The notes under the pieces: generated by a model
What the model was told of the DNA's origin: nothing
Seen by the model: only the letters and a program-made list of their open reading frames with translations
Database searches by the model: none
Position numbers and translations under genes: made by a program
Assembly (NCBI GenBank): GCA_016699975.1
Contig: CP064994.1
Coordinates: forward strand, 1,222 to 65,221
From: Candidatus Moraniibacteriota bacterium
GTDB lineage: Bacteria > Patescibacteriota > Minisyncoccia > Moranbacterales > UBA1568
Length of the DNA: 64,000 nt
Direction: 5' to 3'
Shown here: positions 39,463 to 47,233 of the stretch, in pieces
Layout of the letters: each line of letters begins with the position of its first letter
Numbering within the stretch: the stretch's first letter is position 1

Positions 39463-39723
39463 TGCCTCGCATCGCTTGCTGCGAAAGCAATAATCTTGAA
39501 AGAAAAGGTGCCCGGAAAAATACTGGGCTCAAAATCTTTGAGTGAAAGATGAGCAGTATCGTTTCTCGAGCACTTCCCCAAAAATACTCGTGGAACACCG
39601 CTCAAGATTTTTTAAGTGAGGACGCAAAAAAAGAGAAGCAGAAATTTCTCCTCCGACTTTGGGAAACATGCTTGAACCTCAAATAAAATGTTTGGTCAGA
39701 AATATTTTTGAAGTGGTATAAGA

Positions 39724-39762
39724 AAACCCCCTTCGTTTCAAGAAAAACGAAGGGGGTGTTTT
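39724..39762. terminator. bidirectional rho-independent terminator (CCCCCUUCGUUU-caagaa-AAACGAAGGGGG)
   Basis: aaaacccccttcgtttcaagaaaaacgaagggggtgtttt lies between the convergent hydrogenase small-subunit gene (+) and the 39768..40592 gene (-). Confidence 0.6.
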
Positions 39763-39767
39763 AATTA

Positions 39768-40592
39768 CTAATAGGGGACGGGCGGGAAAAGCGCCCCATG
39801 TATCTTCCAGGCAATATCCATTCCGCGTCCTCCCAAGTACGTTTCACTCATTCCGTGACAGGTCCAATCGTCCGGTGAACACGGGACATTTGCATTTGCC
39901 GGAAGCGCTCCGGTAACGTCACGAATGGTATTTATCACCATATCGTTTTCCCCGGTAACATACCCGAGGGAAGGAGCGACACTTTCCGGAGTCGCAATGG
40001 CGAGAACCGGGAGCCGAAGTTCTCGCGGAAGCAAGAGATTTGCTTGCGTCGCATAGAAGTTCCCTTGGGAATGCGGTACAACTATTCCTCTGCCGTTCGT
40101 TCCCGCATACGTTTCGACATGCTGCCGGAGATCCCCGTCCACTATGTAGAAAATCGCACTCGAAATGGTCTTTGAAACAGTAAGCTCCACTTCTTTGAAC
40201 CATTCGGGGACAGGAATGCCGTGCGATCGCGATATCCATTCCCAGAAATGCACGGTATCATCGGAAGAGGACTGGACAAACGCTTCCAGAAGATCAAGCC
40301 AGGCTTTCTCTCTCTGGTTATGCGCCACACGAAATTCCACACAACGCATTTCGTCAGTGACGAATTGTTGATCCGGAATTGTTTCAAGGTAGGAAAGGTA
40401 GGTGGCTTTTAATCTCTGCTTTGTCATTTCTGCTGAGAAAGCATCCACATACATCCCATTTACATAGAATACTGTCGATTTGTTCGCAATAGCAGAACAA
40501 CGATCGGCCCCTTGCGCAACTGCGATTTCCTGTTGACACAAGACAATCAACAATAAAACAAGAAGACGAGAAAACCATAAAACAGCTTTCAT
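39768..40592 (-). CDS. secreted protein, possibly alpha/beta-hydrolase (lipase/esterase-like HSQGN nucleophile elbow)
   Basis: Signal peptide MKAVLWFSRLLVLLLIVLCQQEIAVAQG. VVPHSQGNFYA resembles a GxSxG-type nucleophile elbow. Function is a weak inference. Confidence 0.4.
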   Translation of the reverse strand: MKAVLWFSRLLVLLLIVLCQQEIAVAQGADRCSAIANKSTVFYVNGMYVDAFSAEMTKQRLKATYLSYLETIPDQQFVTDEMRCVEFRVAHNQREKAWLDLLEAFVQSSSDDTVHFWEWISRSHGIPVPEWFKEVELTVSKTISSAIFYIVDGDLRQHVETYAGTNGRGIVVPHSQGNFYATQANLLLPRELRLPVLAIATPESVAPSLGYVTGENDMVINTIRDVTGALPANANVPCSPDDWTCHGMSETYLGGRGMDIAWKIHGALFPPVPY

Positions 40593-40725
40593 GATACGCT
40601 TCCTCCTCGGAAAGTTCAGTTACAATGAGAAATCACATTGCTTCACGTAAGTCTCTTGAGGGACATCTCCTCCCACCTCCCCACCAATGTTTCTGTTAAA
40701 CGATACCCATGCTCGAGTACGCATC

Positions 40726-41517
40726 TCAGTGTTTGGGGACCTGAGCTTTCAGCTCTTCCTGAGCTTCGCTTGACATTTCAATGCCCATGACACCGGTCAA
40801 ACAATATCCATCTCTCTCTCGTTCATGAAGAACCTTGACCGACTCCGCTTCGTCCGATGCGGCAAGGAGAGCCATTTGAAACCCTTTAGCCTGTTGACGA
40901 AGCGCCTTTCGCACATTTTCCTCGCTCCTTCCGGGATACGTCTCTGCGATATAACGCTCGATATCATCGCGCAGTCCATCTTTGTTGGCATCAACTCCTT
41001 CAATCGTTACCTTCCCAGCTTCACCGGGATCAGGCGGGAGACCGTCATCAAAAGTCTCGATTGAGAGCGTGATGAGAAGTGGCTCCGCAAGAAATACGGG
41101 GAGAGTTACCTCTCTCCCGAAGACGCGTGCTTTCCGAAAAAGGCGCATCTCTCCATTTATAATTCCTTCCGGCGCAGACGGGGAAAGATACAGGGTCACA
41201 ATAAGAGTCGTGTCTGCCCTGCATATCGCTCCGGGAACAATTTGGGTACTGACCGCGACTGCCGAAAGATTCTCGGAAAGACGAGGAACAGTGGAGGCTC
41301 CCAAGAGACACAAGGTTTTCGAAAGTATGTTTCCCGCATGAGCCGAAACTGAAAATGAAACACGATCGCCCGGCATTCCGGAGAGAGTGATCGCTTTCGG
41401 ATTCCACGAGAATGCTTGATCAAGCTTCTCGGAAGCACGAAATCCTACCGAGAAAAGGAGCGTGAAGAGCACACCAGAAATCAAGAGTGCTCGTTTGGAT
41501 ATTCGCAAAGTTTTCAT
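40726..41517 (-). CDS. secreted hypothetical protein
   Basis: 263 aa, signal peptide MKTLRISKRALLISGVLFTLLFSVGFRASE, no recognised domain. Confidence 0.4.
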   Translation of the reverse strand: MKTLRISKRALLISGVLFTLLFSVGFRASEKLDQAFSWNPKAITLSGMPGDRVSFSVSAHAGNILSKTLCLLGASTVPRLSENLSAVAVSTQIVPGAICRADTTLIVTLYLSPSAPEGIINGEMRLFRKARVFGREVTLPVFLAEPLLITLSIETFDDGLPPDPGEAGKVTIEGVDANKDGLRDDIERYIAETYPGRSEENVRKALRQQAKGFQMALLAASDEAESVKVLHERERDGYCLTGVMGIEMSSEAQEELKAQVPKH

Positions 41518-41778
41518 ACGATACTACCTCATTGTAGCATGAAGCTTTCTTCATGCTGATTGAAAAGAACTCCCCGATTTTCTGTCGGGTACGAAACAAG
41601 AACCCATGGAGGTTCTCGAAAAAATCGTAGTGGAAGAGGAGAGATACGTCAATACTTTTCTGTCGGCATACATGAGGCGTGATGTTCTTCCCTTTTCTCA
41701 GAAAAGTCCCTACAATGAGGAATATTCGTCCGAAAGACGATCGGGAAAATCGTTCGAAGAAAATTTGAAATTTTCGAT

Positions 41779-43155
41779 ATGCATCAAATATCCGAACTCA
41801 GTCAGTTCTCAATAGAAGAAATCACCAAGGTCGAAGGCGCTGCGGGACTGAACGTTTTCCTCGAAAGCGGCCGCGTGAAAAAAGTGGAGTTCGCGATTAA
41901 AGAATTCAAGCGTTTTTACACGCACGCAATGGAAGGAAAACCAATCGCGGCGATTCCACAGCTTCTCGCGCGAATTTGTGGCACGTGTTCGAATGCACAT
42001 TTGGTCGCGAGTATCGAAGCCGTAGAAAAAACGCTCGGCATCGTTCCCTCGGAGCAGACCATGATTTTGAGAACCCTCACCTATCACGGGCTCATTATCC
42101 GCGATCACGCGCTCCATCTCTATCTCTTTTGTCTCCCCGACATTTTCGGAAAAGATTCTTTGCTCGGCTTCGACGAGAGCGATCCGGTGGAGCACCAACT
42201 CCTCCATGATGCCTTCGCCGTGAAAGCATCGGGGAATCACCTCGCTATTGCTGTTGCGGGGCGAAGCGTTCACGCGCCCCTCCCAATGCCAGGAGGCTTC
42301 GCAAAAATTCCCGACAAAAAGGCAGTGGCAGAAGTTATTCTTGAGCTCGAAAATATTCGTCCGGCGGTTCTTCGTCTTATTCGGGTTTTTACTGATGATC
42401 CATCTTCTCTCGTTCGGGAAAGTAACTCGGCAGCGCTTCGAAATAGTAAATTTTCATACCTCGAGGGCGATCTCTGGGATATGCATGGTTTTGTCGTCGA
42501 CGAAGCAGGTTATCGCGATCATCTCGAACATGTCGTTCTGCCCTATTCGCAGGCATCCGCCTATACCTTTGATGGCGAAACTTATCGTGTGGGTGCGCTC
42601 GCGCGCCTCAATATAAATGCCTCTGGTCTCCATCCGCGTACGAAGCACGACGCAGAAGAAGCGCTTCGACTTTTCCCATCGAACAATATTTTTCACAATA
42701 ACTTGGCTCAGGCAATCGAGATCCTCCATTCGGTCGATGAATCAATTGACCTCCTGAAGCAAAAAATGTTCGTCCCCGAACCACTGCAAAAACTCGTTCC
42801 CAAAAGTGGCGTCGGTGTCGGTCTTGTGGAAGCACCACGCGGTGCGCTCTACCACAAACTCGAAGTGAATGAAAAAGGAATCGTGGAGCGTGGCGAGGTG
42901 GTCGTCCCCACAGGGCAAAATCAGATCGCGATCGAGCTCGATCTCATACAGTTTATAAACAACCATCTCGACATGGAAGAAGAAGATATGAAACTCGAAT
43001 GTGAAAAAATCATTCGCGCGTATGACCCGTGCATGAGTTGCGGCGCGCACTTTCTTGAGCTCAAGGTAAGTCGCGATGGGAAACCCCTCAAAAAAATTAT
43101 CCCGAAAAAGAAACGGACCACATCCAAAAAAACTTCTCATCATCACCCTGCTTGA
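41779..43155 (+). CDS. [NiFe] hydrogenase large subunit with cleavable C-terminal extension
   Basis: N-terminal Ni-binding motif RICGTCSNAH and C-terminal DPCMSCGAH, followed by a ~34-aa basic tail (the usual substrate for a HycI/HybD-type maturation protease). 458 aa. Confidence 0.85.
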   Translation: MHQISELSQFSIEEITKVEGAAGLNVFLESGRVKKVEFAIKEFKRFYTHAMEGKPIAAIPQLLARICGTCSNAHLVASIEAVEKTLGIVPSEQTMILRTLTYHGLIIRDHALHLYLFCLPDIFGKDSLLGFDESDPVEHQLLHDAFAVKASGNHLAIAVAGRSVHAPLPMPGGFAKIPDKKAVAEVILELENIRPAVLRLIRVFTDDPSSLVRESNSAALRNSKFSYLEGDLWDMHGFVVDEAGYRDHLEHVVLPYSQASAYTFDGETYRVGALARLNINASGLHPRTKHDAEEALRLFPSNNIFHNNLAQAIEILHSVDESIDLLKQKMFVPEPLQKLVPKSGVGVGLVEAPRGALYHKLEVNEKGIVERGEVVVPTGQNQIAIELDLIQFINNHLDMEEEDMKLECEKIIRAYDPCMSCGAHFLELKVSRDGKPLKKIIPKKKRTTSKKTSHHHPA

Positions 43156-43179
43156 TGACGCCCAAAAAATCAGAAAAAG

Positions 43180-43220
43180 AAAACCGCCTTTTCCAAAATG
43201 GAAAGGCGGTTTTGCATTTT
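43180..43220 (+). terminator. rho-independent terminator after hydrogenase large subunit gene
   Basis: aaaccgcctttcc-aaaatg-gaaaggcggttt then tgcatttt. Confidence 0.55.
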
Positions 43221-43614
43221 ATGTCTTGAGCCCGCAGACCATTCTTTTGGTATCGAGACTCCAAAATATTATTGACAGAGAAAGGAAAATGGTGACACAA
43301 CCCAGAAAGACAGTCGCAAAGAAAAAATTTAGGAAAAGAGCCAAAAAAAATCCTATGGCAGATCCTATGAGCACATAGGACACACTCCCCGCTATTCTCA
43401 GTGAACGCCAATGAAACTCCCGCTCGCATGCTTCTCTTTCAAAATCCACTTCCGTAACGAATTCCAGGGTATATCGATTCATCCAGGAAAAAACCGCTAG
43501 AATTTGAGAGGAAAACAGAATGCCAACATCATGGAGATCGGAAAGTGAAAGTTCAATTCCTTCCAGCCCCAGAGGGAAACTGCAAAAAACGAAGAATACG
43601 AAAATCGAGCTCAT
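43219..43614 (-). CDS. hypothetical small membrane protein (last ORF of convergent accessory operon)
   Basis: 131 aa with two hydrophobic stretches; weak coding evidence. Confidence 0.25.
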   Translation of the reverse strand: MSSIFVFFVFCSFPLGLEGIELSLSDLHDVGILFSSQILAVFSWMNRYTLEFVTEVDFEREACEREFHWRSLRIAGSVSYVLIGSAIGFFLALFLNFFFATVFLGCVTIFLSLSIIFWSLDTKRMVCGLKT

Positions 43615-43671
43615 ATTCTCGTCGTCTTCCCTGAAGAATGGTATGCCATCATACTTACTCCTCTTGTTTCA

Positions 43672-44217
43672 TCAGAATACCTTTGAGACGGCATGGGACA
43701 CTTCGAATCGACGAAAATCGACACAAAGCCTCCCTCGAACTTGGTAGTAATCAAGAAATTCATGAGTAGTCCAAGTAGCCGATCCACCACAAATTATCGA
43801 TGAATGATAGAGATACTGGAGATCTCTACATGGACCACGAAGCGAGTGTCCCAAAAATACTGCCGAATGCCAGTTCATCCTTAGCGCCCCGTTATTTGAA
43901 GAAGCTGCCGTTTTCGAGGCCTTATTTCTTCGTTCGGCATAGATCACATCATGAACACACGCCGACTCGAAAGAATTGTTCTCGTCATCTACCGGAATAA
44001 ATTTTCCCAACATTTCGGGGGACAAAATATCTTCCGCGGGAATAAATGCTCCGCGCGCGTACCAGAAATACGCCTGAACCGCTCGTCGAGAGTTACCCGT
44101 TTTGAAGCCCTTCTGCATTTCTTGGAGAGAAGCAAATGGACCACTCTCGTGGGTGTACACAAACGAAGGGATCGTCTCTCGCGGAGGATGTGTGCGTTGT
44201 AAAGGAACTCTATTCAT
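43672..44217 (-). CDS. hypothetical protein (faint, degenerate metallophosphoesterase-like His/Asp pattern)
   Basis: 181 aa. 4-nt overlap with the upstream hycI-like gene. ...YTHESG...VHDVIY...FLGHSL...NPGS-like order but motifs imperfect. No confident family. Confidence 0.35.
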   Translation of the reverse strand: MNRVPLQRTHPPRETIPSFVYTHESGPFASLQEMQKGFKTGNSRRAVQAYFWYARGAFIPAEDILSPEMLGKFIPVDDENNSFESACVHDVIYAERRNKASKTAASSNNGALRMNWHSAVFLGHSLRGPCRDLQYLYHSSIICGGSATWTTHEFLDYYQVRGRLCVDFRRFEVSHAVSKVF

Positions 44218-44219
44218 GC

Positions 44220-44636
44220 TTACCTCCTCTTGTTTTCAAGAACATTCGAAAGCGCTCGGGTAATATCTCGGAAGACTGCCTCTTCGTGAATGCCCTGGGG
44301 CACACCGAGAATCTTCGGCGCAAACGACGGGTCGAGCTTCTTTCCAAGGAGAAGAAGGGTCGACAAGTCGTAATCGTGCGCTGTGAGAGCGTTTGCCCGC
44401 TCAGCAATTTCCTCCACGGAAACCCACGATACCCGGTCAAGTCCTCGAACCGTGTCGAGAATAACCCAGTCACCATGCTTTGGCAAGTCTATTTCGTTTG
44501 GATCTTCCACAAAGAAGGAGACCTTTGGAAATCGCTTTCGAAGACGAGGCACGAGTCGAACAGGAAGATTGTCCGAGAGAAGATCGGGATTCCCGAAGAT
44601 GGAAACGGAAATTAAGTTAGCCGCGTTCATAAGCAT
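44220..44636 (-). CDS. hydrogenase maturation endopeptidase (HycI/HybD/HoxW family)
   Basis: 138 aa: SIFGNPDLLSDNLPVRLV ... DWVILDTV, matching the GNxxxxDDGxG and (I/V)ILDA core of hydrogenase maturation proteases. Adjacent to a large subunit that carries a C-terminal extension. Confidence 0.6.
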   Translation of the reverse strand: MLMNAANLISVSIFGNPDLLSDNLPVRLVPRLRKRFPKVSFFVEDPNEIDLPKHGDWVILDTVRGLDRVSWVSVEEIAERANALTAHDYDLSTLLLLGKKLDPSFAPKILGVPQGIHEEAVFRDITRALSNVLENKRR

Positions 44637-45354
44637 TCGAGAGAGCGATACTTTTTTGCGTGAAGAAACGAAGGCGCCGCACTGCCTCTTCGGAGATCAC
44701 TTCGCAGGGTACGCCCCAATGAATTGTGATCCAATTTCCAGGAGCAAGAAGATCAATATCAATGTCAGCTCCGAGACTGCGCGTGATCTTTCGAGAGAGA
44801 GGCGGCCCGAGCGAAAAATTCCCCCGCTCATCCCGAAGAAGCGGTTCGGTGGACACCTCGATGAACGGTCCCGAGACCGAGATCACTTTTCCCCAGGTGA
44901 CAAGACACTGCGCTGCCGCACTCCAGTTTGTTCGAAACAATTCGTGCCCCGTCCGACTCCACACATTGAGCACATGGAAAGAATGATGCGGAAATCCGCC
45001 ATGTACAATGCTCTGCCCGATCCGATCAAATCGCTCGCGACCGGTTTTCTTTTTGACGTCGAGGTCGTCGAGAAGCGCCAGATACTTCCTTGAAGAAAAG
45101 GTGTTGAGAAGCCTGTTCCCAATCCAGTACGATTCCACCACGCGATCATCGAACGGATCGCGAATGCCATTTCCTTCCGCAATATGTGAAAGGTAGGGAA
45201 AAAGATTCTGAAATCGCGTGAGAATCGCAGAGAGCGCGGGATCGCTTTCGCCCGCATCAAGATATTCCTTCATGGTTCGGTTGGCATCGGGGCCACAGTA
45301 GTGCAAACGATTTGGTCCGAACGCATATCGACTGCACCGTAACACTCCATCCAT
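44617..45354 (-). CDS. hypothetical protein (Cys/His-containing, first gene of accessory operon)
   Basis: 245 aa, non-repetitive; CSRYAFGPNRLHYCGPD and HGGFPHHSFH could be metal ligands. No family recognised. Confidence 0.4.
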   Translation of the reverse strand: MDGVLRCSRYAFGPNRLHYCGPDANRTMKEYLDAGESDPALSAILTRFQNLFPYLSHIAEGNGIRDPFDDRVVESYWIGNRLLNTFSSRKYLALLDDLDVKKKTGRERFDRIGQSIVHGGFPHHSFHVLNVWSRTGHELFRTNWSAAAQCLVTWGKVISVSGPFIEVSTEPLLRDERGNFSLGPPLSRKITRSLGADIDIDLLAPGNWITIHWGVPCEVISEEAVRRLRFFTQKSIALSNAYERG

Positions 45355-45423
45355 AAAAATTGCGAAACTATTTTCGAAAAGACTCCTTTACTCCTCTTAC
45401 TCTATGTGACCCATAAAAAAAGT

Positions 45424-45460
45424 GCAAAAAAAGCCGGCTTGGTTTTACCAAGTCGGCTTA
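45424..45460 (-). terminator. rho-independent terminator downstream of 45476..45727
   Basis: Plus strand aaaaaaagccggcttggttttaccaagtcggctt. On the minus strand a 12-bp stem (one G/A mismatch) is followed by UUUUUUU. Confidence 0.55.
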
Positions 45461-45475
45461 ACAGTTCTCAATTCA

Positions 45476-45727
45476 TTAAAGTTTCGGAAAGACCGTCCGG
45501 TCGTAGTATCCTTGAGGATTACGCCTTGATTGTTCCAGCCTTTCTTCTAAAGCTTCCCTTTTCCTTTCAAAATAAGCCCTAGAAACAGCCTCCCGCAAAT
45601 ACAGCGGAGCTTTCCAGTACGCCTCCGAACCATATTGTATGGTAGTAGGATCGGGGGAATAATCTATAACACGCATACAACACCTCCAATTTTGTTGTTG
45701 TGGTTCCACACCGTTCCAAAAAGTCAT
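45476..45727 (-). CDS. small hypothetical protein (83 aa; downstream member of a two-gene cassette)
   Basis: Separated by 6 nt from 45734..46036 and followed by a terminator. W/Y-rich with a basic helical C-terminus. Confidence 0.35.
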   Translation of the reverse strand: MTFWNGVEPQQQNWRCCMRVIDYSPDPTTIQYGSEAYWKAPLYLREAVSRAYFERKREALEERLEQSRRNPQGYYDRTVFPKL

Positions 45728-45733
45728 TCAAAG

Positions 45734-46036
45734 TCATGCTTTGTTTTCTTGTTCTTGTTTAAATTCAGCAACAATTTCTTCAAATTGGCGGTTCAAGAGA
45801 ACAATTGCATCATCAAGAACCAGCCGCAATGTTATGAGGGCTTCTTCAAGCGCTGCATTGTGACCCCCACCAGCATCAGCTTCTTCGAGGCTCTGGATGA
45901 AGCTCAGAAGTTCAATGACCTGGCCTTGGAAAACTCTTCGGCGAGCCAATTGAAGCAAGGAAACATCCTGTAGCAGGCGAGCAAATTTATCAATAGCGTG
46001 GCGAAGGCCAATTTCTTCTTCATTGAGGAGTGTCAT
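45734..46036 (-). CDS. small hypothetical helical protein (100 aa; upstream member of a two-gene cassette)
   Basis: GGGGA SD-like sequence 8 nt upstream of the ATG; all-helical acidic composition. Confidence 0.35.
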   Translation of the reverse strand: MTLLNEEEIGLRHAIDKFARLLQDVSLLQLARRRVFQGQVIELLSFIQSLEEADAGGGHNAALEEALITLRLVLDDAIVLLNRQFEEIVAEFKQEQENKA

Positions 46037-46096
46037 TTCTTTTCCCCTTTCTTGTTTTAAAAATTTTTAAAAAACTGTTTCTTGGATGTTTCTTGG

Positions 46097-46130
46097 AAAC
46101 AAAAAGAGCGAAACGATGGTGTTTGCTCTT
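46097..46130 (-). terminator. rho-independent terminator (minus strand) downstream of 46193..46465
   Basis: Plus strand aaacaaaaagagcgaaacgatggtgtttgctctt. The reverse complement has the stem followed by a UUUUUGUUU run. Confidence 0.45.
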
Positions 46131-46192
46131 TTGTGACTGTCTACAGAGTACTCGTAAATGTCAGCGTTGTCAAACAAAAACTTCAGCGAAGT

Positions 46193-46465
46193 TTAAAAAT
46201 AATTATTCCTCCTCGCGCTCCGCCTCCCGAACGAGTGTCCGGAGAGAGTGTGTGGTAAGAAGGTTCCGACACCCTCTTCCCCGGTCATCGCGTTCATCGA
46301 ATAATTCGTTGAGCCCGCATTTTCCTCTCCGCCTGCACCGAATCCAAAATTTCTGAGTTCATAATTCGTACTCGCCGGAAACACAAAAAAGAAAGCGAAA
46401 CTGGCCGCCATGCACGTACGGAAAGAAAAAAATTCACCACGACGCATACAAAAAGCGTTTGTCAA
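46193..46465 (-). CDS. possible small secreted peptide (90 aa)
   Basis: MRRGEFFSFRTCMAASFAFFFVFPAS is a signal-peptide-like N-terminus with a terminator downstream. Weak evidence. Confidence 0.25.
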   Translation of the reverse strand: MTNAFCMRRGEFFSFRTCMAASFAFFFVFPASTNYELRNFGFGAGGEENAGSTNYSMNAMTGEEGVGTFLPHTLSGHSFGRRSARRNNYF

Positions 46466-46664
46466 TTTTTTTTATTATAGGTCATTCCTTCACAAACAAA
46501 AACGAGTGATGTGTTTATCACTCGTTTTCTGAGAGGGATTTTTCATTCGGAAAGACACCTGGAAGAGTCGCTCTTGTTTTGGAAAAACCGGACGGTTTCT
46601 TTCGAAAAAGAGATGTCGAATCGCTCTCTCGAGCACTCACGCTTTCCGAGAGGAGTCGGGCGCG

Positions 46665-47150
46665 TTATTTCTCGAGGACGCCGATTTGCATTTTTTCAAG
46701 ACCCATCTCTTGTTTTTGTTTGCCGCCGTGTTGCTTCACGAATTCTTCGGTCGCATCACGTCCACACATGTTGAGAATTTTTTCTGATCCTCCGGGGTGC
46801 GTCTTTATGGCAGGCGTCACGTCGTAAACATTGCCACGCACAATCGTCCAGCAATCAGATTCGCTCTTGTGCGCAGAAACCTGCACCGAACTATACTGAG
46901 GAAATACTTGGGGAGAAGTTGATCTGCCAGCTTTTTCGGTTTCCGTTTCCTCGTTCTCCGTTTCGACTTCGGACATTTCTTTGTCGGAAGAAACATCACT
47001 CTCTTTGTCTTCGGATGTCGCCATCTGCTCTTCTTCCGAGCCCTCGCCCGGAGCGGGAGCCGCTGTCTCTCGCACGAACCAGAAAATGCCGAGCACAAGG
47101 ACGAGAAGAGCAATGCCTCCTGCGATCAGTGTTTTGTTTGACGCATTCAT
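46665..47150 (-). CDS. membrane-anchored cytochrome b5-like heme-binding domain protein
   Basis: TM anchor LIAGGIALLVLVLGIFWF, acidic linker, then SESDCWTIVRGNVYDVTPAIKTHPGGSEKILNMCGRDATEEFVKQHG, the HPGG heme-ligand motif and fold signature of cytochrome b5. Start taken at MNASNK (ORF-track start is 47189). Confidence 0.6.
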   Translation of the reverse strand: MNASNKTLIAGGIALLVLVLGIFWFVRETAAPAPGEGSEEEQMATSEDKESDVSSDKEMSEVETENEETETEKAGRSTSPQVFPQYSSVQVSAHKSESDCWTIVRGNVYDVTPAIKTHPGGSEKILNMCGRDATEEFVKQHGGKQKQEMGLEKMQIGVLEK

Positions 47151-47233
47151 ATTGGTGAAATTAAAAAAGAAAAATGATCCAAAGAGCACTCCAAGTATAC
47201 TCGAGAGTCAAAAAAAATTCCAAGAACGTTTTC

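Noticed and set aside
43672-44217. Calling this gene a metallophosphoesterase
   Set aside because: Only a faint, imperfect ordering of His/Asp motifs; kept as hypothetical.
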